From NCBI GenBank assembly GCA_963649335.1, contig CAVJHG010000006.1, forward strand, positions 8,062 through 72,061: 64,000 nucleotides of DNA, given 5' to 3'. This DNA is from a bacterium (GTDB taxonomy: Bacteria > Bacillota > Clostridia > Lachnospirales > Lachnospiraceae). Positions 1 to 10,388 of this stretch are shown here, piece after piece. The notes below the pieces were generated by a model. It was not told the DNA's origin. It saw nothing but the letters and a program-made list of their open reading frames with translations, and ran no database searches. A program made the position numbers and the translations under genes. Every line of letters begins with the position of its first letter. Position 1 is the stretch's first letter.

Positions 1-484
1 CAGCTATAGCATTACCATTGCTGTCATATCGAACTCTTGTAGCTTCCTCAAGGATAATTACATTAAAGCTGTCTGCTGAGGTGTCTTCCTTAGCTGCCAC
101 AATAAGCTTCAGCTGAGAGGATGACTCTCCTACACTTGCATCTCCTGTCTTTCCTGCCAAAGGTAAAGCATAGTAGTAATAGCCATCACCACCTTCACTC
201 CAGCCACTGGATGAAGCGGCATCAAGTGTAACTGTACAATTGCTGCCATATATAGCCTTCACTCTGACAAAAACAGCATAGTCACCAGTATTTGTTACAG
301 TAATCAGCTTGTTCATTCCATCAAAGCTCTCATCCGGCTTTACATTAGAATCCCCAAGACTAAGTGTTACCATGCCACTGGCTGTATGTGTATCTGTAAA
401 ATATGCCATTGCTGGACTGACTGCAGCTGCCCCTATCATCAAAAGGGCTGCAGCTGCTATCAGCAAATATTTTTTATATTTCAT
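1..484 (-). CDS. Secreted protein with SipW/TasA-type signal peptide (runs off the left edge, 3' partial)
   Basis: Not in ORF track. ATG at 484 with GGAGG RBS reads MKYKKYLLIAAAALLMIGAAAVSPAMAYFTDTHTASG...ITVTNTGDYAVFVRVK; the A-YFTD cleavage motif and 'V.NTG...FVRV' are typical of SipW-processed proteins. Confidence 0.75.
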   Translation of the reverse strand, partial: MKYKKYLLIAAAALLMIGAAAVSPAMAYFTDTHTASGMVTLSLGDSNVKPDESFDGMNKLITVTNTGDYAVFVRVKAIYGSNCTVTLDAASSSGWSEGGDGYYYYALPLAGKTGDASVGESSSQLKLIVAAKEDTSADSFNVIILEEATRVRYDSNGNAIA

Positions 485-504
485 CTATTGGCTCCTCCCC
501 ATGA

Positions 505-1527
505 TTATTGTCCTGAAGCATCACTTGCCTGACCATCAGTGGTCTCACCTAAGTTATTAGAACCGGTATAACCATCCTCTGACTTAGTATATGTATTGGT
601 GATACTAATGCCACCAGTAATCAGCTTGTTGTTGTAAATATTGGTAAAGGACACAGTCTTAGCTGTCTCAGTAGAATCCTTAAAAAGACCATTATCTATG
701 GTAACAATAGCTTTATCTGCACTGTCTATAGTATATGATGCTCCCGAATACACTTCCTCAACCACTATCCTACAGCCTGTAGGAATAACTTCACCTGTGT
801 TGACAGAAGCTGTACCTGCAGCATCCATAGTGATGCTGTATACATCGCTAAATGCTACCGCACCATTAGCCTCATAGGCTGTAACCTGATATACAAACGA
901 TGCTGGGCCAAGAGTTGCATTATACTTTGGCAAAAGCTTTTGAATGTTAAGGTCTACTAAGTTGCGCTCACTCTCACACTTTACAGTCTGATCTACATCA
1001 TATATCCATTCATCGGAAGTACTTCCCTCAATGCCATAGGCATTAGATGGGAGGGATAAAATAGCACTAGAAAAGGTATATGTGCTTCGCTTTGTTACCA
1101 GATTATCTACAGTCAAAAGATATATGGCTTTTTTTACATCACCTGTAGTGGCACCTGTCTTATTACTTCCAATTTCAAAAGTATAATCAGGCTCTTTGCT
1201 ATTGTACTTAACCCACTTTTCCGCTTTTTCTACAGCACTAAGCATCTCATCCGCAGTCATTCCAGCTCTATATGTAATATCAAGGCCAGCAGCTGAAGCT
1301 AAAGTACCGGTCGCATCAATGCTTCCTATCTCATAAAGACGGACCGTGGTCATATCTCCTTCTTCCATATCAATTACATTATCAGGAAGGGATATTGTAA
1401 CAGAGCAAACCTTGCTTTCATCAATATAACCTGCCGCATTTGCCTGATAGGTAGAAAAAGCTGCCGTAAGTGTTAGCACTCCCAAGGCCATAGCCATTAT
1501 TTTATTTTTTAACCTGATTTTTTTCAC
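505..1527 (-). CDS. Secreted pilin-like Ig-fold protein without LPXTG anchor
   Basis: N-terminal signal peptide, beta-rich body, 'VEEVYSGASY' and 'VSFTN.Y' motifs; no C-terminal sorting signal; start overlaps sortase stop. Confidence 0.6.
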   Translation of the reverse strand: MKKIRLKNKIMAMALGVLTLTAAFSTYQANAAGYIDESKVCSVTISLPDNVIDMEEGDMTTVRLYEIGSIDATGTLASAAGLDITYRAGMTADEMLSAVEKAEKWVKYNSKEPDYTFEIGSNKTGATTGDVKKAIYLLTVDNLVTKRSTYTFSSAILSLPSNAYGIEGSTSDEWIYDVDQTVKCESERNLVDLNIQKLLPKYNATLGPASFVYQVTAYEANGAVAFSDVYSITMDAAGTASVNTGEVIPTGCRIVVEEVYSGASYTIDSADKAIVTIDNGLFKDSTETAKTVSFTNIYNNKLITGGISITNTYTKSEDGYTGSNNLGETTDGQASDASGQ

Positions 1528-2426
1528 TAGCTTGCTCCCTCCGGCTTATTGCCTTTTCTCTTAAAAATAGCACGGATAATCAATATAATAATGATAACTG
1601 CGATAATACCTACTATGGTGTATATCATGTAGTAGCTCTTAACAGACTCTACTACTGCATCTGTACCGGTAGGCACCTCGTCCTCTCCTAGATACTCTAC
1701 CCTAGTGCCTCTTACTAAGAGTCTGTGGGTATTTACCCCATAAGGCGTGCAGGTGAAAAGTGTAACATAGTCCTTACCCTCCTCTACCGCCATGGCCTGA
1801 GCCAGGGTATCTATATCATCGGCCTCTATCATAGGGCTTATCTCATCTACCTGGTAGGCTAAGGTCTCATCCAAAACATGGACGTAAAACTTATCTCCCA
1901 CCTCCATCTGATCTAAGTCTGTAAAAAGCTTGCTGCTAGGCAGACCTCTGTGACCTACTATAACAGAGTGGGTCCCCTCGCCTCCTATAGGAAGAGCCGT
2001 GCCATTCATATGGCCCAATGCCGTCTGAATAAATGTATCATAGGTGCCATGCATAACTGGCAGCTTTAGATTGATTTTTGGAATGGAAAGATAGCCCATG
2101 ATGCCATCCCCATTTACATTTAAGACCGAATAATAATCAGAGCTGTAAAAATCATCAGAAGGCTCTACTGCATCACCCTCTGTGCCTAGGTTAAAAGCAT
2201 CACTTCCTATGGCATTTTCAGTAATGCCAGCATTAAATGCGCGAGCTGCTGCCCACTCATCCTCATAGTCCTCTGCAGTCATGGCACTGACCGTCTCAGT
2301 ATAGGAATCAATCAGGGTGGACTGAACATAATTGTTCCACTCATTGGAAACTGTAGGATATACAAGTACCCCAGCTCCCACTATAAACAATAATATAATT
2401 AGGATATTAATAATCTTCTGCTTCAA
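1527..2426 (-). CDS. srtC: Class C (pilus) sortase
   Basis: GHRGLP, TLFTCTPYGVNTHRL catalytic motif, N- and C-terminal TM helices, lid-like DAF; TTG start. Confidence 0.93.
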   Translation of the reverse strand: MKQKIINILIILLFIVGAGVLVYPTVSNEWNNYVQSTLIDSYTETVSAMTAEDYEDEWAAARAFNAGITENAIGSDAFNLGTEGDAVEPSDDFYSSDYYSVLNVNGDGIMGYLSIPKINLKLPVMHGTYDTFIQTALGHMNGTALPIGGEGTHSVIVGHRGLPSSKLFTDLDQMEVGDKFYVHVLDETLAYQVDEISPMIEADDIDTLAQAMAVEEGKDYVTLFTCTPYGVNTHRLLVRGTRVEYLGEDEVPTGTDAVVESVKSYYMIYTIVGIIAVIIIILIIRAIFKRKGNKPEGAS

Positions 2427-3329
2427 TTATTTTCTTCCGTCATTCTTAAAGGATTGGTTCTGTGTCTTTTTGCTGTGCCTTTTATCCAACAGATAAAGTA
2501 TAAGGACAAAGATGGCAACAATAGCAAGTCCCACAATAACCCACAAGAGGTAGTTAGTGTGAAGACTCTTGCCCTGACCAAAGAGAGGTGTATCCTGTTC
2601 TGCTAATACCTCTGGCTCATAATCTACCCTGTGACCTGTCACCATAAGACGCTGGGTATTTACTCCATAAGGGGTACAGGTAATAAGCGTGCACAAGTCC
2701 TTGCCATCCTGCACTGTAAGGGCTGATGTGTCATCAGGCTCTGTAACTATAACAGAATCCACCTGATAGGCAATATACTCATCCATTATTATAATTACAA
2801 ACTGGTCTCCCCCCTCAAGGAGATCGAGATCTGTAAAAAGGGTGGAATTAGGCAAACCTCTGTGGGCTGACAATACCGAGTGGGTAGACTCTCCTCCCAC
2901 AGGAAGGGATGACCCCTGCAAGTGGCCTACACCCTTTTGCAGCACATCCTCATCAGTAGTGTGGTAAATAGGCAGCTTGACATTTATCTTTGGTATCTGT
3001 ATGTAGCCCATGATACCGTCCCCATTTACATTGAGGCAAGAGCTATAAGCATCGTCAGCTCCATTAGCCTGAGCTATAGCAAAGGAATCTGGCAGGATGC
3101 TAGGAAGCAAGGTATCGTTATAGTCATATGCCTTTTGCAGCTCTGCTGCCACATCAAGGGTACCTGCCTCTAGGGCCTCATCTATTGCTGTGCTGTAATC
3201 GCTGACCACTGTGGACTGTACATAATCATTCCATGTAGAAGCCACCAGTGGGTACATCAGCAAGGACAAACCAGCAAGCATCAGTACTACTATTCCTATT
3301 AGTCTAATATTTTTCTTTAAAAAATTCAT
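2427..3329 (-). CDS. srtC: Class C (pilus) sortase
   Basis: AHRGLP, TLITCTPYGVNTQRL, two TM helices, lid-like DSF. Confidence 0.93.
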   Translation of the reverse strand: MNFLKKNIRLIGIVVLMLAGLSLLMYPLVASTWNDYVQSTVVSDYSTAIDEALEAGTLDVAAELQKAYDYNDTLLPSILPDSFAIAQANGADDAYSSCLNVNGDGIMGYIQIPKINVKLPIYHTTDEDVLQKGVGHLQGSSLPVGGESTHSVLSAHRGLPNSTLFTDLDLLEGGDQFVIIIMDEYIAYQVDSVIVTEPDDTSALTVQDGKDLCTLITCTPYGVNTQRLMVTGHRVDYEPEVLAEQDTPLFGQGKSLHTNYLLWVIVGLAIVAIFVLILYLLDKRHSKKTQNQSFKNDGRK

Positions 3330-3348
3330 GATGATTGCTGCTCTCTCC

Positions 3349-3393
3349 TTGGTGATATACCCCAGGAGTATGCTCTCCTGGGGATTACACCAA
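3349..3393 (-). terminator. Intergenic stem-loop after major pilin (partial terminator or mRNA stabiliser)
   Basis: ccccaggag/ctcctgggg stem extended by ttggtg/caccaa, lying between pilin and sortases. Confidence 0.5.
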
Positions 3394-3449
3394 ATTTTTA
3401 TTTCCCTTCCACTTGCAGTAAGAAAGGTTATTTGTTTACTTTAAGTAAA

Positions 3450-4889
3450 TTACTTTGCTGACTTCTTCTTGTTTGCGAAGAAAAGACCAGCTGCTGCTGC
3501 CATGATGATTACACCAAATACTGTGAAAAGGGTTGTACCCATACCACCAGTAAATGGAAGTGATGCAAGCTTTGTATCAGATATATCGCTTCTCAAATGA
3601 ATATTTTCACTTGCATTATCATCATCAACAATAACTGTGGTAGCTTCACTTTTAATTGAGTAGCCCTCTGGAGCCTCAGTCTCGTAGATATTATATTTAC
3701 CCTCATCAAGACCAGATACTTTTACGGCACCATTCTCATCTACTTCAACGTCTCTTTCGCTACCATTTTCATCATAGATATACTGGCCAGGGATAGCCAC
3801 ACCGTCTTCATCTATCTTCTGAGTAAATGTAAGAACATCTTCACTACCTTCCCTCTTAATCTGGAACTTGGCACCGGTAAGAGTCTTGCCACCAGTAACT
3901 TTACCGTCAGCATTAAAAGTTAATGTGTCATCATACTTGGTGATTGTGATGTCAGCAGTATAACCATCTACCTTACCAGGATTCTCTGGCTTATGTGTAT
4001 CTGTATCAGTCTTTGTCTTGTTGTTCCAAGCAGAGTTGGTATAGCCCTTGTCACCATCTACTGTAGCAGTAAGAGTAAGATCTACTGTCTTACCTTCATA
4101 CTGTGAAAGAAGTGAAGTAAGGTCGATAGTGTATACGCCTGTCTCACCATTGATTGTATTACTAATTGTATCCTCTAATGTAATACCATCAGTCACATCT
4201 GCGTCACCAATCTTTACAGAAACAAGCTCAAGATTCTTTAAATTCTCAGGCTTATCATATACTTTAAACTCGTTATCTACTACCTGATTATTCTCATCAA
4301 GAGTCCTAGCTGCTGGAAGAACTGTTGTAATTGTAAATGTTACATCCTGGCCGTTATGTACAAACTGGTCATCAGCTTTCTTTTCTGTAGGAACATCAGA
4401 TGTCTTGGCATTTACTGTAGCTGCTGTAAGAGTATATCTGCCGTCAACGTATTTATAAGTCTTGGCACCCATTACAGCATATGTTGTATTACCACCTGTT
4501 GCAATAACAAGGTATGCAGCGCCATTAAGACCTGTGAATTCTACAGTTGAAGAACCTCTAGCACACTCTTTTTCATCAGTTGCTGTTATATCAGAACCTT
4601 CAGCAATTACTGCAGTCTTCATGCCATCCCAATTAAAGAGGTACTCTTTTGCATCTCCAGTTGGCGCAGTTACATAAGAGTTAGCCCAAGTCTCAAATTT
4701 CCACTCTCCATCGTGGGTAGCTGTAGCAATCTTGTAGATGCTTACAGTCTCTAGATCACTTTCAGCAAGGCCATTTACTGTGATTGAAGCCGTTGTTGTT
4801 GATGCCTCATCTGCGAAAGCCACTGTGCTCATAGTGAGCATCATTACCATTGCACACATAAGTGCAATCATTCGTTTGAATCTTTTCAT
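3450..4889 (-). CDS. Major backbone pilin (SpaH/EbpB-like), LPFTG-anchored
   Basis: Signal peptide, TVNAK pilin-like lysine motif, E-box YNIYETEAPEGY, LPFTG + TM + KKK tail. Confidence 0.85.
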   Translation of the reverse strand: MKRFKRMIALMCAMVMMLTMSTVAFADEASTTTASITVNGLAESDLETVSIYKIATATHDGEWKFETWANSYVTAPTGDAKEYLFNWDGMKTAVIAEGSDITATDEKECARGSSTVEFTGLNGAAYLVIATGGNTTYAVMGAKTYKYVDGRYTLTAATVNAKTSDVPTEKKADDQFVHNGQDVTFTITTVLPAARTLDENNQVVDNEFKVYDKPENLKNLELVSVKIGDADVTDGITLEDTISNTINGETGVYTIDLTSLLSQYEGKTVDLTLTATVDGDKGYTNSAWNNKTKTDTDTHKPENPGKVDGYTADITITKYDDTLTFNADGKVTGGKTLTGAKFQIKREGSEDVLTFTQKIDEDGVAIPGQYIYDENGSERDVEVDENGAVKVSGLDEGKYNIYETEAPEGYSIKSEATTVIVDDDNASENIHLRSDISDTKLASLPFTGGMGTTLFTVFGVIIMAAAAGLFFANKKKSAK

Positions 4890-4900
4890 TCTCTTTCTCC

Positions 4901-7900
4901 TTATTGTTTTTTATTGTTCTTGTTTTTGTATAACAACAGCGCACCTACCAGCATAAGTAGAATACCGCTGATGATATAAATGTAAACTCCGCTTCCACCG
5001 GTATGTGGGAGCTCGTAGGCTATCTGGTCATATACATTAAGCTGAAGCATTTGGCTATCAGCCAGATCAGCTAGTGTAACCGAATTGTCTTTTGTATCTT
5101 TTACTAACTGCTGCTTTAAATCAACAGTACAATTAATATCTGTAACAGTCGCCTCTCCATTTTGGTGAGTAACTGTAACATTATAAATAAAATTCTTTTC
5201 AGCCTGGCCACTGTCATCCTGGCTACTATCCTGCTTGGTAATAGACACTGTATACTCTGTGTCATTTAATGCCCAGCCTTCCGGAGCTGCTGTCTCCTTT
5301 AAGGTATATGTGCCAGCCTTCAGGTCAGCAAAGGTAATAAGACCTAGGGTTGAACCCTTAGTGCCATCAGCAGTGGTCTGTTTGTCACCACTTAATGGGC
5401 CAGATGACAAGGTAAACTCAGCATTGGCAAGAGCATATTTTGCATCATTTTGACCATTGCCATACTTCATGAGCTTAAGGGCTATGGTAACTACATTGTC
5501 CTTGTATGTACCAGTGGAAGTAGTCTCTGTCACTTCAGTACCAGGATTATTTGACAAGGTCAAATCCGTCTTGCTGTTCTGTCTATCTGATGCCCTATAA
5601 GGATCATAAGAAACAGTCATAGTCCATGTAGCAACAGGACTACCTACCTTAAGCGCCGTACCATCAGTTTTGATAGCACTATCTGTAATATCAGGCGTGA
5701 ATGTATAGGTTATGGTACCTATCTCATCTAAAGTATTGCCATATGAGTATGGAGTAGTATATGTATATGTGCCATCAGCATTTTTAGTCCACCTACTATA
5801 GTCATTATCTTTTATAATATCCTGTAAAATACCAGCGCCCGGTCCTGACATATTGTCAAGAAACCAGCTATATGCACCATTGCTGCCATCACTCTTATAT
5901 ACGTTAAATTTGTCACCCTTGAATACATACTCCTCATCACTTGCCAATGTAAAATCAAGAACCTTGACATTGACTGCAGGCTGGTCAAACTTTTCAAACT
6001 TCGTATCAGTGCCTGTACCAGTCTTGACACCGGAATCAGAGCCGTTGGTGGCTATTACATTACCTCCTAAGAAATCATCCTTTGCCTTAAGCTTAAATGT
6101 AACAGTCCATGGGGTAATGCCATCAGTGCCCTTTACACCAAGAGTCTGGTCGCTCCATGTTACAGTATAGATGCCATCCTCTTCTGTAACTTCAGCTTGC
6201 TTACCTCCTATGGTATAAGTGCCCCCAGAATTCACCTTATTGCCATCATCATCATATAAGTCAAAGCGTGGATCAATAACATCCACCACCTGGCCTGTGG
6301 TAATTACTGTACTTAGCTTTAAGCCTGTAATGGAGGCTATGATGCTCTTTATTGAAGCATCAAGATTAGCTGATGTAACCGACTTATAGTAATCATCACT
6401 AGTAGCTACAGCTTTAAGCACTTCTTCAGCATAATCCCTGTCTGAAGTATGAATAGAAGTATCTAGTCCAATAGAATATATCTTAGTAGTCTTTGTTTTA
6501 TCTTGCTTATCATCTATTTTCTCAATACTAGACTTTGTTGAGGAAATGCTTGCTTTCACATTTGTGCCATCTTTTACAACAGGACTTCCATCAGATATCA
6601 TTACAACATATTTGTTATGACCTGAGTTCTGCAATGTACTTGTGTTTTTATTAAATAAATCACGAGCTTTTGATAATCCTAAATCCTGTCTAGTGCCACT
6701 AGAAGTGCCAAGATCATTGATTATGTTCTTTATAGTAGTTCTATTAGAATCAGTTACCTTTACTACTGCATTTCCACTAATTTTATTAATTGAAGCGCTA
6801 CTATTAAATGTTACCAATCCAAAATAGCTATCTGCCGGCAGCTTATCAATCAAATTGCATGCTGTCTGCTTGAAATAATAGTATCTAGTTCTCTCACTTG
6901 TGGCTGTAAAAAGCTTGCCTCCCAATTTTTCATTCAAAAATGATGTATCGAGAATTTTAGCACTACTCCAGTCATCAATAGAATCGTCAATATACTTCCA
7001 TGTACTACTACTAACTTCATACTTTATCTCATATACTGTAGCTGCCTCGTTATTACGTATGCCATAATAGGTAAGCTCTTCATTCATCTTGTCAATTGAA
7101 GTAATGTTAGTTTCCTTCAAATCAGCATGGAATAGCATAGAAGCTGATGTATCCATTACAAGAATAAGGTCTATAGCTGAGCCTGTTCCTGTCAGCTCCA
7201 ATGTAGTCTTTCTTGCCTGAAGTGTCACATTGTATGTACGGTCTTCATAGTTAGCCACCTCAGCTGTTTTACCTATGTAGTCGTCAGGTCTGATTACAGA
7301 AGAATCAACGTATGTATTGCTGAATACAACAATAGGTGTATCTGTAGCAGATGTAGACACTGGCACATAACGATCAGCTTCATTCTTGGCATAAGAATAT
7401 GTCTTAGAGTCCTTATCGGTGCTGCTATATACAACCCTTGCAATTGTAGTGAAATTGTTTAGAGAAACAGTACTGTCTTCACTTGTTTTACAAGTGGCAG
7501 CTATCTCACTAACTGTATAGGTTTGATCATTTGCTACTGAGAAGGAAGCACATTGTCCAGACTTTAATGTAAAGCAGCCTTCAGTATCAGTCGTGTAGGT
7601 AGTACCTGTATCACCTACTATAGTGTACTTAAGTCCTGGGCAGACTTTTCCAGATTCATCCTTTACAACAAACTTATAATCAATATCATTTGCTATAGTA
7701 GCATCTACTCCGGTAGCATCCTTTGCTACTATAAAACCACCTTCTGGTATAGTAGCCAGATTCATCTTAATACTACAATTAGATGCCCCATTTCCACGCT
7801 CAAGGTAGAACATCTTTAAGGTATGCTTAGTATAAGCCGACCAGTCTTTTCCGCTACTTTCCTTAAAGTTCGCTGTTACTGTTGATGGAGTAGAACTATA

Positions 7901-9943
7901 AGCATTGGTATATGTAACTGCTCCAGTGTTAAAATTGATAGTACCAGATACCTTAGGATGAATACCTCCTAAATCAAGGACAAGCTGACCATCTATAAAT
8001 ACCCACACATCGTCATCGCCAGAGAACTCAAACACCATATCCTTGCCATCGATTTGGCCATCCTTGGGCTGAACAAAGCTTGTCTCGATAGTCATACCTA
8101 CATAGTGATTAGTAGACTGACTGCCTAGAGCGTCACCATAGTTTTGATGATTGCCCCCATATAGGGTATGGCTTGTATATGGGAAAAAGCCCGTTGGTGA
8201 ATTACTTGCGTAATTGTATACCTTAAAGTCCTTACTGCCTGTTACCGAGTTGCCTGAAATAGTAGCAAATGATGAAGCACTGTCAAATACATAGTAACCA
8301 TCATCGTCTTTTTTAAAGAGCTTGTCCAGGCCTTCATCTACTCTCTTGTTAGCACCTGATGTAGTATTAAAGAGATAAGCAAGGGATTCATTATCCCCCA
8401 CATTCAAAACAGGCATGCCATTAGCGTCAAGGCTCTCCTTAACAATGCCCGCTGTGCGATAGTTGCCATCATAGATATTATATTTTCCTGCAGTACTTCC
8501 TGGTTGACCTGTTGAAAATATTAAATCATGATCTGCATTGATACCGCCATCGTTATTATTAGCCTCTGACTGGGATTTAGTATCGCTAATAGTATAATCA
8601 AATAAATTAATCTTAATACTGTCCTTGGTGCTTACCCTTTTGTTGTCAAAGCTATCATTTTTCTCATATATAAATACTACGGCAATGCCATTTCTATCAG
8701 GATTATAGCTATAAGAGTCATTTATCTTCTCGCCGCCAACATATACCTCAACACGCTGCCTAAAGTCAGTAGATTTATCTTCATAAAACTTTAACTCTTG
8801 TGCTATATTGCCATCCCCCCAACCAGCTGACTTCCATATATCGTCTGTATTACTTGTAATAGTAATGTCAGCCACATTTGAATCTTCACTTATATTGCCA
8901 GAGGTGTTAAATACACTGGCACGGTCGTAAGTGTAGCCAGAGCTAACGCTTATATCTTTTACATATTGGCTTAAATCTATACGCTTATCTTTATCATTTG
9001 CTACCGATACTTCTCTGGTATTTGCTATATTTTCCAGATTGCCATTATCATAGGAATAGTAGAACAGTTTGAGCTTTATATTATTATTTTCCTGCAAATT
9101 ATTATTATTATATATAACATATAATTTAATCTCATCACTTGCGCTACCATTCTGTTCTTTAAATAGGGTCCAATTACTATCTACTGTCGATGTCGAGCCT
9201 GTATACTTTACATAATACCAACCATATCCCTCGGCACCAGAGGCATTATAAGATAAGTTGGCCACTCGAACATAATCGCCTTGGCTATCCTTATAATATA
9301 CCCCGGCAAAGGTATATCCTTCGATGTCTCTCTTTGCTATGGCAGACATATAGTCAGGATATGATGAATTATATTGGCTAAGATTTTGTCCATTGCTATA
9401 TTCTTTTTCGATTTTATTATTATTCTTATAAGCATCTGTTTGTATCTTATTACCATCCTGGTCCACTACTACAAGCTTGGCTTTATGCGTATTAGAATTT
9501 TTATACTTCCAAGTAAGTGTACCAGCCTCAGTTTCTGAAGTATCATCACTGATAACCGCTATATCATTGTCCCCAGGCCAGGTGTCACTTTCCACTACAT
9601 CAGAGCCTTCCTCTGACGCCATTGCCACACTGTCATCTGCTATAGTAACAGTATCTGTAGAGGCGGAGCTGTTTTTGTTAGTAATAGATGCACTATCAGA
9701 AGCCTGGCCACTAGTGGTAGTATCTGTAGTGGCATCAGTCTTCTTACTATCTCCAGTCTTCTGGCCCTCTCCAGCAGCTGCCTGACTATTATTATCCCCA
9801 GAAATAGCTGCCGCATCAGACACCTCTGCCACTGTAGCTGCACCTGCAGCATCAGCAGTAAAAGCCCCCATAGGGGCAGAAACCAACATAGCTGCCGCCA
9901 GGCTAAGTGCTAATATTCTGTTAATAATAGGATACTTTTTCAT
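4901..9943 (-). CDS. Large pilus tip adhesin: fibro-slime domain + vWA + CnaB/SpaA domain, LPHTG-anchored
   Basis: Start reassigned to ATG 9943 (MKKYPII, GGAG RBS, signal peptide). Fibro-slime motifs FSGDDDVWVFIDGQLVLDLGGIH and MFYLERG; vWA MIDAS DTSASM...SDG; E-box YTLKETAAPEGW; LPHTG + TM. Confidence 0.85.
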   Translation of the reverse strand: MKKYPIINRILALSLAAAMLVSAPMGAFTADAAGAATVAEVSDAAAISGDNNSQAAAGEGQKTGDSKKTDATTDTTTSGQASDSASITNKNSSASTDTVTIADDSVAMASEEGSDVVESDTWPGDNDIAVISDDTSETEAGTLTWKYKNSNTHKAKLVVVDQDGNKIQTDAYKNNNKIEKEYSNGQNLSQYNSSYPDYMSAIAKRDIEGYTFAGVYYKDSQGDYVRVANLSYNASGAEGYGWYYVKYTGSTSTVDSNWTLFKEQNGSASDEIKLYVIYNNNNLQENNNIKLKLFYYSYDNGNLENIANTREVSVANDKDKRIDLSQYVKDISVSSGYTYDRASVFNTSGNISEDSNVADITITSNTDDIWKSAGWGDGNIAQELKFYEDKSTDFRQRVEVYVGGEKINDSYSYNPDRNGIAVVFIYEKNDSFDNKRVSTKDSIKINLFDYTISDTKSQSEANNNDGGINADHDLIFSTGQPGSTAGKYNIYDGNYRTAGIVKESLDANGMPVLNVGDNESLAYLFNTTSGANKRVDEGLDKLFKKDDDGYYVFDSASSFATISGNSVTGSKDFKVYNYASNSPTGFFPYTSHTLYGGNHQNYGDALGSQSTNHYVGMTIETSFVQPKDGQIDGKDMVFEFSGDDDVWVFIDGQLVLDLGGIHPKVSGTINFNTGAVTYTNAYSSTPSTVTANFKESSGKDWSAYTKHTLKMFYLERGNGASNCSIKMNLATIPEGGFIVAKDATGVDATIANDIDYKFVVKDESGKVCPGLKYTIVGDTGTTYTTDTEGCFTLKSGQCASFSVANDQTYTVSEIAATCKTSEDSTVSLNNFTTIARVVYSSTDKDSKTYSYAKNEADRYVPVSTSATDTPIVVFSNTYVDSSVIRPDDYIGKTAEVANYEDRTYNVTLQARKTTLELTGTGSAIDLILVMDTSASMLFHADLKETNITSIDKMNEELTYYGIRNNEAATVYEIKYEVSSSTWKYIDDSIDDWSSAKILDTSFLNEKLGGKLFTATSERTRYYYFKQTACNLIDKLPADSYFGLVTFNSSASINKISGNAVVKVTDSNRTTIKNIINDLGTSSGTRQDLGLSKARDLFNKNTSTLQNSGHNKYVVMISDGSPVVKDGTNVKASISSTKSSIEKIDDKQDKTKTTKIYSIGLDTSIHTSDRDYAEEVLKAVATSDDYYKSVTSANLDASIKSIIASITGLKLSTVITTGQVVDVIDPRFDLYDDDGNKVNSGGTYTIGGKQAEVTEEDGIYTVTWSDQTLGVKGTDGITPWTVTFKLKAKDDFLGGNVIATNGSDSGVKTGTGTDTKFEKFDQPAVNVKVLDFTLASDEEYVFKGDKFNVYKSDGSNGAYSWFLDNMSGPGAGILQDIIKDNDYSRWTKNADGTYTYTTPYSYGNTLDEIGTITYTFTPDITDSAIKTDGTALKVGSPVATWTMTVSYDPYRASDRQNSKTDLTLSNNPGTEVTETTSTGTYKDNVVTIALKLMKYGNGQNDAKYALANAEFTLSSGPLSGDKQTTADGTKGSTLGLITFADLKAGTYTLKETAAPEGWALNDTEYTVSITKQDSSQDDSGQAEKNFIYNVTVTHQNGEATVTDINCTVDLKQQLVKDTKDNSVTLADLADSQMLQLNVYDQIAYELPHTGGSGVYIYIISGILLMLVGALLLYKNKNNKKQ

Positions 9944-10072
9944 TAAATACTCTCCAAAATATAAATCCTGATAATCTATCTTCATGAAATGGAAAAAAGT
10001 CTTATCATATGTAGACACTCCTCCATTTATTTTCTTATATACTATATCAAAATTCTTATAAAAATAAAGAGG

Positions 10073-10108
10073 TTTGGCAAGAACGTCTCGATTTTGGCAA
10101 GAACGTCT
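10073..10108. promoter_or_regulatory. 16-bp perfect direct repeat (period 20) upstream of pilus operon; candidate activator site
   Basis: tttggcaagaacgtct at 10073 and 10093, upstream of a minus-strand TG-A-TATAGT extended -10 that has a poor -35. Confidence 0.5.
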
Positions 10109-10202
10109 TTTTAGGCACCCGTTATGCCACAGCTGTTGCGATAAATCCAAGCATAGAAAAAGAGGAATGGACCTGCCATTCCTCTCACTTCCTTCAAGCT
10201 GC

Positions 10203-10388
10203 CTATACCAGCTCAGGTATTTTCCCCGCCAGAATCGCCTCGATTTCTTCTACAGGCTTGTCAATTAAATCTGCAATTTGTTGAGCTTCAAGTCCCTTCT
10301 CCTTCATTTTCTTAATTACTTGAGCCTCTCCACTAACTTTTCCTCGAGCTTCACGCTCATCTCCATACGCTTTTACAGAATCACACAT
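10203..10388 (-). CDS. Putative nested small Rpn antitoxin (RpnS-like, 61 aa) from internal start
   Basis: In-frame ATG at 10388 with AAGGAGG 8 nt upstream inside the rpn ORF. Confidence 0.6.
   Translation of the reverse strand: MCDSVKAYGDEREARGKVSGEAQVIKKMKEKGLEAQQIADLIDKPVEEIEAILAGKIPELV

Noticed and set aside
9944..10150. N-terminal extension of the adhesin ORF given in the track
   Set aside because: It covers the promoter and repeat region; the RBS and signal peptide support ATG 9943. Similar over-extensions were trimmed for rpiB, nrdR, prfA, prdB, the epimerase and the ECF gene.
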